Source of the DNA: an uncultured Actinomycetota bacterium
Lineage (GTDB): Bacteria; Actinomycetota; Actinomycetes; Actinomycetales; JAHECE01
Direction: 5' to 3'
Assembly: GCA_963780675.1 (NCBI GenBank)
Contig: CAWACR010000003.1
Coordinates: 981,454 to 1,045,453, forward strand
DNA length: 64,000 bases
Shown: positions 9,063-19,444 of the stretch, in pieces
Layout of the letters: every line of letters starts with the position of its first letter
How positions within the stretch are numbered: position 1 is the first letter of the stretch
Translations under genes and position numbers: made by a program
The notes under the pieces: model-generated
The model's database searches: none
What the model was told of the DNA's origin: nothing
What the model saw: only the letters and a program-made list of their open reading frames with translations

Positions 9063-9830
9063 CCGCTCGCCGATGTGCGGCGCGAGGCGCAGTTCTACGA
9101 GGACGTGCGCGTCTGGATGGGCACGTTCGACGCCGAGGACCGCCAGGCACGCGGCGTCGATCCCCGAGGAGGTCCAACGGCTCCTCAACGAGCTGGTGGC
9201 CGGGGCGGTGGTCTCGGGCGAGGTGCTCGACATCTACGGCGCCGCCGGGATCCCGCGGCCGGCGCTCAGCGACCTGGACGCGGAGTTCGCCTTGATGGCC
9301 CAGGAGGCGGAGCACCCGCACCTGGCGATCGAGGCGCTGCGGGCGCTCGTCCTGGCCGAGACCCGCTCGGCCACTCGGCACAACATCGTGCGGCAGCGGG
9401 CCTTCTCCGAGCGGCTCCTGGAGCTGATGACCCGGTACACGAACGCACAGCTCACCTCGGCCGAGGTCATTGCTGCGCTGATCGAGGTGGCCCACGAGGT
9501 CGCGGCCGAGGGCAATCGCGGTGCGCGGTTCACCCCGCCGCTGTCGGAGGATGAGTTGGCCTTCTACGACGCGGTGGCGTCCAACGCCTCCGCCGTCGAG
9601 GTGCAGGGCGAGGGCGTGCTCGCGGACATCGCCCGGGCGCTCGTGGGAATCATGCGCCGCGATGTGCGCACCGACTGGACCGTGCGCGAGGACGTCAAGG
9701 CGAAGTTGCGCGCGTCCGTGAAGCGGCTTCTCGTGGCCTACGACTACCGCCCGACCAGCAGCCCGAGGCCATCCGGTTGGTGATGGAGCAGATGGAGTCC
9801 ATGGCGCTCCGGCTCGTAGCCTGTTCCTCC
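9063..9830 (+). pseudogene. hsdR: 3' remnant of a type I restriction enzyme R subunit (HsdR C-terminal region), frameshifted
   Basis: HsdR C-terminal-like peptides lie in three frames. They are REAQFYEDVRVWMGTFDAEDRQARG; then IPEEVQRLLNELVAGAVVSGEVLDIYGAAGIPRPALSDL...DWTVREDVKAKLRASVKRLLVAYDY; then PPDQQPEAIRLVMEQMESMAL. Frame changes fall near 9165 and 9760. No helicase or nuclease N-terminal part is present, and no hsdM or hsdS is nearby. End coordinates are approximate. Confidence 0.6.
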
Positions 9831-10040
9831 ACGCTTCTGCCGCGCGGCTCGCAGGAGTCACAGGCGCGCACGACGGTTAGGTCCTCGCCCTCGGTCACTG
9901 GGGAGTGGACTGGATCGTCGCTCGTTCTTGGTCGGCCGCGCTTCGATGCGACGTTGTCGCTTACGCGGCCGGTGCGACACTCGGCCACCAGACGATTCCG
10001 GCCGGCAGCAGGCGTTGACCGTCGACCCTGACCTCAGGGG

Positions 10041-11048
10041 CTAAGAGTCTCCGACCGTTCCTCTCGCCACGGGCTGAGGCTTGGGGAACTGAAAACTCCC
10101 GTCGACAATCGCCTCGAGTGTTCCGTAGAGCCGGACGAGGTAGCGCCATCCCTCGGGGGTATAGATGAAGTTCGGCTGGTCCGGGTCACCGCCGAAGTGA
10201 ATCGTGACGCTCCCGTCGTCGTTCGGCTCCGCAGTGACGCTGTTGACGCTATAGGTGTCATAGGTGTTCTTGACGACGGCCAGGTCACGGTTGTAAACGG
10301 TGACCGACCAGAACCCGTCGACCGGAACCTCGCGGACGGTGAGCATGTGTGGCGTCTTGCCGTCATTCTGGGACGGGGCACCTTGGAGGATCAGCGCTTC
10401 GGACGGTTCCGGAACTCCGGTCCATCCTGAAGCGCTGGCGACGTAGAACTTCACGGGGTCGACCTGGTGGACGTCACCGAATGCCTTCGACCAGTCGTCC
10501 ATCGTGTAATAGAGCGTCCTAAATGCCGCATCGACATGTCGGTATGATTTCCGATCCCAGTTGGGGATCTCGAAGGAGCCGACCGACGCCTGCTCCACGA
10601 CGATCTCGTTCTGGAGTTCTTGGGCTCGTCTCACGTCGACTGGGTCGTTCGGGTCGACGAAAGTGCGGAAATTCACTCCGATGTAGCGCGTGCCTGCCCG
10701 CTCTCGCGTAATCGTGTATTTGCCGGGCCTTCTGGTACTCAGCTTGAGATACTGATCTTCATTCTGGACCAGCATTGACTGGTACCGGCCCCTGGTCTCG
10801 GGCTTCGTGATCGTCACCGGCTCGGTCAGATCAAAGACTCCTAATGAGTAGAGCGTGTCCCGATTCTCCCCGATGCCCAACTGGACTTCGCCGACGGGTG
10901 CGAGCTCCCTGACATGGTAGAACTTGCCGAGCCCGCCATTCTCCACGGTTGCCTGAAATGACGCATGGCAGTTGGCGCGCGGGTAGTTCTCCCACGTGAC
11001 GGAGACCGTCCCGCCGCCTTCTGTCGTGCGCTGTGTCTCGTCGTTCAT
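10041..11048 (-). CDS. DUF1254/DUF1214 domain protein
   Basis: ATG at 11048 (MNDETQRTTEGGG...). Family-typical stretches are present (NRDTLYSLGVFDL, GRYQSMLV, VDGFWSVTVYN, PNDDGSVTIHFGG). The region is visibly more A/T-rich than its neighbours. The rest of ORF 10041..12479 is read-through. Confidence 0.7.
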   Translation of the reverse strand: MNDETQRTTEGGGTVSVTWENYPRANCHASFQATVENGGLGKFYHVRELAPVGEVQLGIGENRDTLYSLGVFDLTEPVTITKPETRGRYQSMLVQNEDQYLKLSTRRPGKYTITRERAGTRYIGVNFRTFVDPNDPVDVRRAQELQNEIVVEQASVGSFEIPNWDRKSYRHVDAAFRTLYYTMDDWSKAFGDVHQVDPVKFYVASASGWTGVPEPSEALILQGAPSQNDGKTPHMLTVREVPVDGFWSVTVYNRDLAVVKNTYDTYSVNSVTAEPNDDGSVTIHFGGDPDQPNFIYTPEGWRYLVRLYGTLEAIVDGSFQFPKPQPVARGTVGDS

Positions 11049-11228
11049 GGCTGATGCTCCTCTCAAGCGGGTGCGCCCCCCGGAGTGGTGCACGGGACCG
11101 TCGCGGGTCTCCTGGCTCTGAGTATGCCGCTCAGATGCAACAACCGGCATCCATGCGGCGCGCGTGGGGGGACGGTGCCAACCTGACGGTGAGTTCCCGT
11201 GTGCATGCCCGCTGATGGAGGAGGCGCG

Positions 11229-12449
11229 ATGACGCGCGCTCAAGAAGTTCTCGCAGGCCTCGACTCGACAAGCGTGTGGCAGGAGGACCTGTACAAACAG
11301 TTCCATGCCCACCCCGAGCTGAGTTCCCAGGAGACGCAGACGGCCGCGGAGATCGCCCGTCTTCTGGGCGGTTTCGGGTACGACGTGCAGTCCGTTGGCG
11401 GTGGCGTCGTCGGAGTTCTCGCCAACGGGCCCGGCAAGACGGCGCTCATGCGGGCGGACATCGACGCCTTGCCCGTCACAGAGCTCACGAACCTCCCCTA
11501 TGCGTCGACGGACACCGCGGTCGACGCGACCGGTGCCACGGTCGGCGTCATGCATGCCTGTGGGCACGACGCCCACATCGCGTGCCTCCTGGGGGCCGCC
11601 GAGTTGCTCGCAGCCAACCGCGAGGCGTGGGCCGGCACGTTCATCGCGCTGTTCCAGCCCGCCGAGGAGACGGCGGCCGGGGCGACGGCGATGGTGGACG
11701 ACGGCCTGACCGCCAAGATCCCGCGGCCGGACGTGGCGTTCGGTCAGCACGTGCTGAACCACGCCGCGGGCGTGATCGGCACGCAGGTCGGCCCCGTGCT
11801 CTCGGCGGGCGACAGCGTCAAGATCACGGTCTTCGGCAAAGGCTCGCACGGGTCGATGCCCCACCTGGGCGTCGACCCGGTTGTGCTGGCCGCGTCCATC
11901 GTCCTTCGACTCCAGACCATCGTCTCCCGGGAGGTGAAGCCCGGCGAGTTCGCCGTCGTCACGGTCGGCAGCAGCGTCGCCGGCTCGAAGAGCAACATCA
12001 TCCCCGATCGCGCTGTCCTCCTCGTCAACCTGCGCACCTACGACACCGGGGTCCGACAGCGCGTGGTCGACAGCATCGAGCGCATCGTCCGCGCGGAGTG
12101 CGGGGCCTCCGGCTCGCCGGAACCGCCGACCTTCGAGTACTACGACCAGTTCCCACTCACCGACAACGACCCCGAGGTCAGTGCCACGGTCACCGAGGCC
12201 TTCCGCGCCCACTTCGGCGAGGCGAGGGTCATCAACCTCGGTCGGATCCCGGCCAGCGAGGACTTCAGCCGGATCCCGGACGCCTTCGGGACCCCGTACA
12301 CGTACTGGGGTCTCGGGGGGTTCTCGCCGGAGAAGGCGGGTCCGCCCAACCACTCTCCGTACTTCGCTCCCCTGATCCAGCCCACCCTCCGAGCGGGCAC
12401 CGAAGCCATCGTCGTCGCCGTTGCGGCCTACCTGGGAGAGGATGAATGA
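11229..12449 (+). CDS. M20D-family amidohydrolase (hippurate hydrolase / N-acyl-amino-acid amidohydrolase type)
   Basis: ATG at 11229 follows GGAGGAGG. Motifs seen are HAHPELSSQE, MHACGHDAH, FQPAEE and GKGSHGSMPH. Confidence 0.8.
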   Translation: MTRAQEVLAGLDSTSVWQEDLYKQFHAHPELSSQETQTAAEIARLLGGFGYDVQSVGGGVVGVLANGPGKTALMRADIDALPVTELTNLPYASTDTAVDATGATVGVMHACGHDAHIACLLGAAELLAANREAWAGTFIALFQPAEETAAGATAMVDDGLTAKIPRPDVAFGQHVLNHAAGVIGTQVGPVLSAGDSVKITVFGKGSHGSMPHLGVDPVVLAASIVLRLQTIVSREVKPGEFAVVTVGSSVAGSKSNIIPDRAVLLVNLRTYDTGVRQRVVDSIERIVRAECGASGSPEPPTFEYYDQFPLTDNDPEVSATVTEAFRAHFGEARVINLGRIPASEDFSRIPDAFGTPYTYWGLGGFSPEKAGPPNHSPYFAPLIQPTLRAGTEAIVVAVAAYLGEDE

Positions 12450-12450
12450 C

Positions 12451-13956
12451 ATGAGTACGACCAAGGCTGTCCCCGTCACGGGTCAGGGCTTCAAGGGAAA
12501 CGACAAAGCCCTCCTCGGCATCGTGCTCGGCGTCCTCACGTTCTGGATGTTCGCCGGAACGATCGGCACCGTCGCCCGCAGCGTTCTGACCGACATCAAC
12601 GGCGGCCTGATCGACGAGGTGTCGGACCCGTTCGTCAATCTGAACCAGATGAACCTGGCGGTCTCGATCACGGCGCTGTTCTCCGGGCTGTTCATCGTCT
12701 TCGCCGGCGGGCTGGCCGACCGCATCGGCCGCGTGAAGATCGCGATCACCGGCAATGTCTTCGGAATCGTCGGATCGATTCTGATCATCTTCGCCAAGGC
12801 GGGTCTCGCCTTGCCGCTTCTGCTCTCCGGTCGCGCAATCCAGGGCCTGTCGGCAGCGTGCATCATGCCGGCGACGATGGCCCTGGTGAAGACCTACTGG
12901 GAGGGCGAGGCGCGCCAGCGCGCGGTCTCCATGTGGTCCATCGGCTCGTGGGGCGGCTCCGGCGTGGCGGCCCTGTTCGGCGGCTTCGTGGCGTCCACGG
13001 GCAACTGGCGCATCATCTTCTATGCGTCCGTCGTGGTCTCGATCATCTCGATCCTGCTGATCAGGGGCATCCCCGAGAGCAAGGCACCCCAGACCTCCCA
13101 CAAGAAGTTCGACCTGGTGGGCCTCATCATCTTCATGATCTCCGTGCTCGCCTTGATGATCGTGCTGATCTTCGGTCGCCAGATGGGCTGGACTGCTCCC
13201 TCGACGCTCGGCCTCGCCGCCGTCGCGTTGGTCGGGTTGGCCGTCTTCGTCCTGTACGAGAAGAGGCCGGAGAACCCGTTCATCGACTTCAAGCTCTTCA
13301 AGAACACCATTTTCACGGGCGCGACGATCTCGAACTTCCTCCTCAACGGAACGATCGGCCTGCTCATCGTCAGCCAGCAGATGCTGCAGATCGCTCGGCC
13401 CGAGCTCTTCGACCCCTGGAAGGCGGGGCTCCTGACCGTCGGCTACGCCATCGCGATCATCGCGTTCATCCCGGTCGGCCAGAAGCTGCTCCGAGCGTTC
13501 GGTCCGCGCAAGCCGATGATCTGGGGGGCCATGATCGTCGCCCTCGCCTCGATCCTCCTGATGCCGACGAACCTCCTGGTGGGCCAATACACGATCCTCG
13601 CCGTGATCGCCTATGCGCTCTTCGGCGTCGGCCTGGGCTTCTACGCCACCCCGTCGACCGACGCGGCGCTCTCGAACCTTCCCGCTGCGCAGGCCGGTTC
13701 GGGCGCAGGCATCTACAAGATGGCCTCGTCCCTGGGCGGTGCCATCGGCGCCGCACTCTCGCTGACCATCTTCACGTCGTTCCTCGGCGAGGGCGTCACC
13801 GTCGTCGGCGAACTCCTGCACATGCAGGGCATCCAGTCGAACGTGACCGTGAGGCAGGCCGGCATGGTCACGATGATGTTCAACCTCATCCTGGCGCTGA
13901 TCGCGATCATCTCGATCACGGTCACCATCCCGAAAGGCAAGAAGTACTACGACTGA
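12451..13956 (+). CDS. MFS transporter, 14-TM drug:H+ antiporter (DHA2/EmrB-QacA) type
   Basis: ATG at 12451 lies 10 nt after GGAGAGG (alternative ATG at 12442). Many TM segments are present, with an MFS motif-A-like [11 protein letters not shown]. Confidence 0.8.
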   Translation: MSTTKAVPVTGQGFKGNDKALLGIVLGVLTFWMFAGTIGTVARSVLTDINGGLIDEVSDPFVNLNQMNLAVSITALFSGLFIVFAGGLADRIGRVKIAITGNVFGIVGSILIIFAKAGLALPLLLSGRAIQGLSAACIMPATMALVKTYWEGEARQRAVSMWSIGSWGGSGVAALFGGFVASTGNWRIIFYASVVVSIISILLIRGIPESKAPQTSHKKFDLVGLIIFMISVLALMIVLIFGRQMGWTAPSTLGLAAVALVGLAVFVLYEKRPENPFIDFKLFKNTIFTGATISNFLLNGTIGLLIVSQQMLQIARPELFDPWKAGLLTVGYAIAIIAFIPVGQKLLRAFGPRKPMIWGAMIVALASILLMPTNLLVGQYTILAVIAYALFGVGLGFYATPSTDAALSNLPAAQAGSGAGIYKMASSLGGAIGAALSLTIFTSFLGEGVTVVGELLHMQGIQSNVTVRQAGMVTMMFNLILALIAIISITVTIPKGKKYYD

Positions 13957-14657
13957 GGTCCGCCCACCGCCGACGCCTGCGCGGCGAGCGTCCGTAGCGC
14001 GTCCACTTCCGCGGCGGCCTCCTGGGCGGAGTAGACGGCGGAGCCGGCGACGAAGACGTTGGCTCCAGCCTCTGCCGCCTGCTCGATCGTCGCCCGGGAG
14101 ATCCCGCCGTCCACCTGAACCCACAGGTCAAGGCCCTGGGCGCGTGCCGCCAGGCGCGTACGACGCACCTTGGGAAGCATCGAGGCAAGGAAGGACTGCC
14201 CACCGAAGCCCGGATCGACGGTCATCACGAGGACCATGTCCACCTCGCCGAGGAGGTCGAAGAAGGGCTCGATCGGTGTCGCCGGGCGCAGCGCCAGGCC
14301 GACCCGAGCCCCCAGCCGCCGGATCTCCCTGGCGAGCCGCACGGGCGCGGCAGCGGCCTCGGCATGGAAGGTGACCGACGCGGCGCCCGCCTCGGCATAG
14401 GCGGGGGCCCAGCGGTCCGGGTCCTCGATCATGAGGTGTGCGTCGACCGGGATCGGGCTCGCCGCCACGATCCGCTCGACGACGGGCAGGCCGATCGTGA
14501 GGTTCGGGACGAAGTGGTTGTCCATGACGTCCACGTGCGCGAAGTCTGCGTTCGCGATGCGAGCGAGTTCCCCACGCAAGTCGGCGAAGTCAGCGGTCAG
14601 GATGCTCGGCGCGATGAGGATCTCCGCCCAGGGTGCGTGGTACCCGATACCGGTCAC
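13947..14657 (-). CDS. rpe: ribulose-phosphate 3-epimerase
   Basis: [36 protein letters not shown] and VDGGI are present. The GTG start at 14657 could be later. The 3' end overlaps the MFS gene 3' end by 10 nt (convergent). Confidence 0.9.
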   Translation of the reverse strand: MTGIGYHAPWAEILIAPSILTADFADLRGELARIANADFAHVDVMDNHFVPNLTIGLPVVERIVAASPIPVDAHLMIEDPDRWAPAYAEAGAASVTFHAEAAAAPVRLAREIRRLGARVGLALRPATPIEPFFDLLGEVDMVLVMTVDPGFGGQSFLASMLPKVRRTRLAARAQGLDLWVQVDGGISRATIEQAAEAGANVFVAGSAVYSAQEAAAEVDALRTLAAQASAVGGPQS

Positions 14658-14666
14658 GGCTCGGCC

Positions 14667-15101
14667 TCACAGGTCTTCGAGTTGCGCGACGCGAGTGGCG
14701 TGCCGGCCGCCCTCATATTCGCCACCGAGCCACGCATCGACGATCATCAGCGCGAGGCCGCCACCGACGACGCGGGCGCCGAGGGCGAGGACGTTGGTGT
14801 CGTTGTGCTGACGGGACAGAAGGGCGGAGTACGGCTCGGAGCAGCACACACACCGCACGCCCTGCACCTTGTTGGCCGCGATGGAGATCCCGACTCCCGT
14901 TCCGCAGATGACGATCCCGCTCTCGAGTTCGCCGGCGGCCACGGCCTCTGCCACCCGGCGGCCGTAGACGGGGTAGTCCGCCCGCGAGTCGTCGTGGTGA
15001 CCGAGGTCGACCACCTCGTATCCGCGCCGCTCGAGGTGGCGTTTGATCTCCACCTTGAGCCTGTAGCCGGCATGGTCGTTGCCGAGACCGATCGCCGCCA
15101 T
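14667..15101 (-). CDS. rpiB: ribose-5-phosphate isomerase B
   Basis: ATG at 15101 follows GAGGAAGG (MAAIGLGNDHAGYRLK...). CGTGVGISIAANK and the RpiB/LacA/LacB family signature are present. Confidence 0.9.
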   Translation of the reverse strand: MAAIGLGNDHAGYRLKVEIKRHLERRGYEVVDLGHHDDSRADYPVYGRRVAEAVAAGELESGIVICGTGVGISIAANKVQGVRCVCCSEPYSALLSRQHNDTNVLALGARVVGGGLALMIVDAWLGGEYEGGRHATRVAQLEDL

Positions 15102-15209
15102 GTGCCTTCCTCTCGCGAGATCACGTATCACCCCGGCCCGCGCCGGACCCCAGCCCCTCGTCGAGAGGCCAGGCTCCGGCGTCGGCCGGGTCGAGCCGGT
15201 GGTGCCGGG

Positions 15210-17272
15210 TCAGCGGGCGTGGCGGGTGATCTGTTCTTTGGCTTTGGACACGACGGCGTCGGGGGTGAAGCCGAACTTGGTGAGGAGTTCCTTCAGGGGG
15301 GCGGAGGCGCCGAAGGTCGACATCCCGATGATCGCGCCCTGGGGGGCGTACCGCTCCCACCCCAGGGTGGAGGCCTCCTCGACGGCGACCCGGGCCTGGA
15401 TCGCCGGGGGCAGGACCTGGTCCTGGTAGGCCTGGTCCTGGCGGGCGAACAGCTCCCAGGACGGCATGGACACCACCCGGGCGCGGATCCCCTCCGCCGT
15501 GAGGGTCTCGTAGGCGTCCACGACGAGCGCGACCTCCGAGCCGGTCGCGATGAGGATGACCTCCGGATCCTCCCCGTGGGCGGGTCGGCCAGCACGTAGG
15601 CGCCGCGGTGCAGGCCTGAGGCCGGGGCGTACTTCGTGCGGTCCAGCGTCGGCAACGCCTGGCGGGACAGGAACAGGGCGACCGGGTCATGGCGGCGGGG
15701 CATGAGCCAGCGCCACGCTTCGGCGACCTCGTTCGCATCCGCCGGGCGGATGTCCACCAGGCCCGGGATCGCCCGCAACGACAGGATCTGCTCGACCGGC
15801 TGATGCGTGGGCCCGTCCTCCCCCACCCCGATCGAGTCGTGCGTGTACACGTGGATCACGGGCAGCTCCATCAGAGCCGACAAGCGCACCGCACCCCGCT
15901 GGAAGTCGGAGAAGATCAAGAACCCCGCCTGATACGGGCGCACCTTGCACAGCGACAGGCCGTTCGCGATGCACCCCGCGGCGTGCTCACGCACCCCGAA
16001 GTGCAGGTTCCGCCCCGCCCGGTCCGCCGCCGAGAAGTCCCCCAGCCCGGTCATCGTGGTCTTCGTCGACGGCGCCAGGTCCGACGCCCCGCCCACCAGC
16101 CACGGCACGCCCGCCGCGACCGCGTTCAAGACCTTCCCCGAGGCTTCCCGCCCGGCCAGGCCCTTCGCATCCGCCGGGAACATCGGGATCGCGGCGTCCC
16201 AGTTCTCGGGCAGGGTCCGCTGCTGCATGTGCTCCAACTGGGCCGCCAGGTCCGGATGCGCCACCCCGTACGCGGCGTAGAGCTTCTCCCAGTCCGCCCG
16301 CACGGCCGCGCTGCGCGCCCCGATCCCGGCCTGGAAGTGCGCGTACACCTCATCCGGCACCAAGAACTGGGCATCCTCGGGCCAGCCGTAGAACCGCTTG
16401 GTGCCGCGGATCTCCTCCACACCCAGCGGCTCACCGTGCGCCCCGTGGGTGCCTTCCTTCGTCGGGGCACCGTAGGCGATCCGCGAGTCCACGATGATCA
16501 ACGTCGGGCGGCTGCCCTCCGCCTTGAACGTCCGGAACGCCCGCGCCAGCATCCGCCGGTCGTTCGCATCCCCCACCCGGGTGACGTTCCACCCGTAGCC
16601 GATGAACTTCGTCGCGATGTCATCCGAGAACGCCACCGACGTCGAGCCCTCGATCGTGATCTCGTTGTTGTCATAGATCCAGCACAAGTTGTCCAAGCCC
16701 AGGTGCCCCGCCAACGACGCCGCCTCCTGCGCGACGCCCTCCATCATGCAGCCGTCCCCACCCACCGAGTACACGTCGTAGTCGAACAGCTCATACCCGG
16801 GCCGGTTGAACGTCGCGGCCTGCCACTTGCTGGCCATCGCCATCCCGACCGAGGTGGCGTAGCCGGTGCCGAGCGGGCCCGTCGTGGCCTCCACCCCGGC
16901 GGTCCACCGGTACTCCGGATGACCCGGACACTTCGAATCCAGCTGCCGGAACCGCCTGATGTCGTCCAGGCTCACCGACGGCTCCCCCAACGTCTCGTAC
17001 TTCGGGTTCACCGACCGCACACCCGTCAAGTGCAACAACGAATACAACAACGTCGAGGCATGCCCCGCCGAGAGCACGAACCGGTCCCGATTCGCCCAGA
17101 TCGGCGCCGCCGGATCGAACCGCAAAAACTCCTGCCACAACGTGTACGCCACCGGCGCCAACGCAATCGGCGTCCCCGGATGACCCGAATTCGCCGCCTG
17201 CACCGCATCCATCGCCAACGTCCGCATCGTCGCGACAGCCATGTCGTCCAGATCGGTGATGTCTACCTTCAT
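15210..17272 (-). pseudogene. tkt: transketolase with one apparent 1-nt deletion near the 3' end
   Basis: The protein is intact from ATG 17272 (GHPGTPIALAPVAY, GDGCMMEG, THDSIGVGEDGPTHQP) to ...GAYVLADPPTG. The remaining C-terminus (EDPEVILIATG...VVSMPSWELF...STFGASAP...) continues in ORF 15210..15521. Total length is 3n-1. The C run at 15572-15575 is one base shorter than the reading frame requires. Confidence 0.85.
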
Positions 17273-17394
17273 TGACACGTGTGAACTCCCATTCGGCGAT
17301 CGAGGTCGGCGCGTCGGCGTGCTGCCGCGCAGCAGAGATGGCTACCCGTTCACTCTGACGTCCCCGGTCGCCGCTGGGAACCGCTTGCCACCAG

Positions 17395-17408
17395 TTGCCC
17401 CGGGGCAA
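17395..17408. promoter_or_regulatory. perfect 14-nt palindrome TTGCCCCGGGGCAA in the tkt / larC divergent region
   Basis: It reads identically on both strands. It is preceded by CTTGCC plus 4 nt (17384-17393). Confidence 0.35.
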
Positions 17409-17486
17409 GGCAGGGGCCGAGACGGCCATGCCGGCAGTCGGCCGTGTTCCGGGCGTCCGGCACGCGCGGCAGCGTTAGCGTGCCGT

Positions 17487-18725
17487 GTGAGAACCTCCGA
17501 GCCCGTGCCGTCGCCTGCGCCCCACCCGCAGCTCCACGCCTGGATCGACGCCCGGGGCGGCATCGCCGGTGACATGCTCCTGGGCGCCCTCGTCGATGCC
17601 GGCGCCCCGCTCGCCGCCCTCCAGCGCGCCGTCGACGCCGTCATCCCCGGCACCGTGCGGCTCAGGGCCGGCACCGTGCACCGTGCCGGCATGCGCGCGA
17701 CAAAGGTCGACGTCGACAAGGTCGCCGACGACCTCCCCCACCGGCACTGGACCGACATCCGCGCCATGCTCGAACGTGCGGACGTCGACGACCACGTCCG
17801 CGCTCGGGCGCTCGCCGTCTTCGGCCGGCTGGCCCTTGCGGAGGCCCGCGCGCACGGCATCCCGCCCGAACAGGTGCACTTCCACGAGGTCGGCGCCTGG
17901 GACTCGATCGCGGACGTCGTCGGGGTCGCCGCGGCGTTGCACGAACTCGGCGTGGCGACGCTCAGCGCCGGGCCAGTCGCCCTCGGTTCGGGCTCCGTCC
18001 GGACGGCGCACGGAGAGATCCCCGTCCCGGTGCCCGCGGTGCTCGAGCTCGCCGCCGGCCGGCGCGTTCTCGGGGGCGGCACGGGCGAGCTGGCCACGCC
18101 CACGGGGATGGCGGTGGTCGTCGCCCTGGCGGAGGCGTGCGACGAGATGCCGGACCTGGAGGTCACCGCCGTCGGCGTCGGCGCCGGCACGCGGGACACC
18201 GCGGGTCGACCCAACGTCGTCCGCGTGGTGCTCGGGACGGCGGCCGAGCCGCTCAAGGTGAGCGACGCCGTCGTCCTCGAGGCGAACGTCGACGACCTCG
18301 ACCCCCGGGTGTGGCCCGGCGTGCTCGCGGCGTTGCTCGAGGCGGGGGCGTCCGACGCGTGGCTCACGCCGATCCTCATGAAGAAGGGACGACCTGCCCA
18401 CACGCTCGCCGTGCTCGCGGCGCCCGCGCGGGTGCCCGAGCTGCGCTCGCGCGTGTTTGCCCTCGTGCCCACGCTCGGCGTCCGGGAGACGGGGGTGCGC
18501 AAGACGGCGCTCGAGCGGACGTGGCGCACCGTCGACGTCGACGGCGCCGCAGTCCGGATCAAGGTCGCCCACGCGCGCCGGGTGATCGCTACGGCGACGC
18601 CGGAGTTCGAGGACGTGGCGCACGCGGCGGCCGCCTCCGGAACGCCCGTCCGGCACGTCCTCGACCGCGCGGTTGCCGCGGCCGTCGAGGCCGGGCTGAC
18701 GTCGGGCCGGCGGCTCCCGGACTGA
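17487..18725 (+). CDS. larC: nickel-pincer cofactor biosynthesis protein LarC (nickel insertion, DUF111 family), single fused ORF
   Basis: HAWIDARGGIAGDMLLGALVDAG, HFHEVGAWDSIADVVG and LMKKGRPAHTL are present. The start is GTG at 17487 or 17505 and remains uncertain. Confidence 0.85.
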   Translation: MRTSEPVPSPAPHPQLHAWIDARGGIAGDMLLGALVDAGAPLAALQRAVDAVIPGTVRLRAGTVHRAGMRATKVDVDKVADDLPHRHWTDIRAMLERADVDDHVRARALAVFGRLALAEARAHGIPPEQVHFHEVGAWDSIADVVGVAAALHELGVATLSAGPVALGSGSVRTAHGEIPVPVPAVLELAAGRRVLGGGTGELATPTGMAVVVALAEACDEMPDLEVTAVGVGAGTRDTAGRPNVVRVVLGTAAEPLKVSDAVVLEANVDDLDPRVWPGVLAALLEAGASDAWLTPILMKKGRPAHTLAVLAAPARVPELRSRVFALVPTLGVRETGVRKTALERTWRTVDVDGAAVRIKVAHARRVIATATPEFEDVAHAAAASGTPVRHVLDRAVAAAVEAGLTSGRRLPD

Positions 18726-18763
18726 CGGCGACGTCGCCGGGCGCCCGCACGGTGCGCCGGTGG

Positions 18764-19444
18764 CTACCGCGGAGCGGCGATCTGGGCGGCGAGGTGCCCG
18801 GCACCGTAGCCGTTGTCGATATTGACGACGGCTACGCCCGGCGCGCACGAGTTGAGCATCGTCAGCAGAGCCGCGAGGCCCTCGAAGGCGGCTCCGTAGC
18901 CGACCGACGTCGGTACGGCCACCACCGGAGCGGACACGAGGCCCGCGACGACGCTCGGCAACGCCCCGTCCATCCCGGCGACGACGACGACGGCGCTCGC
19001 CCGGCGGAGGAGGTCCAGTCGCCCCAGCACCCGGTGCAGGCCCGCGACACCGACGTCCATGACCAGCTCGCAGGACCGGCCGAGATAGGTCGCGGTCAGG
19101 ACCGCCTCGCGGGCGACTCGCAGGTCCGAGGTGCCGGCCGCGGCCACGACCACGAGCCCGCCCGTGGCTTCCGGGGGCTCCGGCGGCCAGGCGAGGAGGC
19201 CGGCCTCGGCGTCGACCATGGCGTCCGGCAGCTCGGCGAGGACGGCCTCGACGTGCCCGTCGCGCGCGCGGGTGAACAGGGTCTGCGTGCCGTTCCGGCG
19301 CACTCCGGCGGCGATCACGCGGAGCTGGGCGGGGCTCTTGTGCTCGCAGTAGACGGCCTCGGGATAGCCGCGGCGGCGTGCGCGGTCGTGATCGAGATCG
19401 GCGATGCGCGCCAGCGAGGCGGGCACCTCCCACGCGTCAGCCAC
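18764..19444 (-). CDS. larB: nickel-pincer cofactor biosynthesis protein LarB (AIR-carboxylase-like)
   Basis: GTG at 19444 overlaps the larE 3' end by 8 nt. IADLDHDRARRRGYPEAVYC, AAAGTSDLRVAREA, VAGMDGALPSVVAG, VAVPTSVGYG and VNIDNGYGAG are present. Confidence 0.85.
   Translation of the reverse strand: MADAWEVPASLARIADLDHDRARRRGYPEAVYCEHKSPAQLRVIAAGVRRNGTQTLFTRARDGHVEAVLAELPDAMVDAEAGLLAWPPEPPEATGGLVVVAAAGTSDLRVAREAVLTATYLGRSCELVMDVGVAGLHRVLGRLDLLRRASAVVVVAGMDGALPSVVAGLVSAPVVAVPTSVGYGAAFEGLAALLTMLNSCAPGVAVVNIDNGYGAGHLAAQIAAPR

Noticed and set aside
8439-9233. 264-aa minus-strand ORF (and 8602..9861) crossing the tRNA cluster.
   Set aside because: They run through three well-folded tRNA genes. 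No protein features are present.
9063-9830. Functional type I restriction-modification or other defence system at the tRNA islet.
   Set aside because: Only a C-terminal HsdR fragment is present, it is frameshifted, and the methylase, specificity subunit and nuclease/helicase domains are missing.
10041-12479. 812-aa ORF on the minus strand.
   Set aside because: Only the last 335 codons (from ATG 11048) encode the DUF1254/DUF1214 protein. The remainder is antisense to the M20 amidohydrolase gene.
8765-13956. Integrated prophage or ICE at tRNA-Val.
   Set aside because: I found no integrase, excisionase, phage or conjugation gene and no obvious att-like repeat of the tRNA 3' end. I report it only as a possible old island scar.
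17487-18725. Split larC1/larC2 with programmed frameshift, as in Lactobacillus plantarum.
   Set aside because: Here LarC is one uninterrupted ORF. No frameshift is needed.
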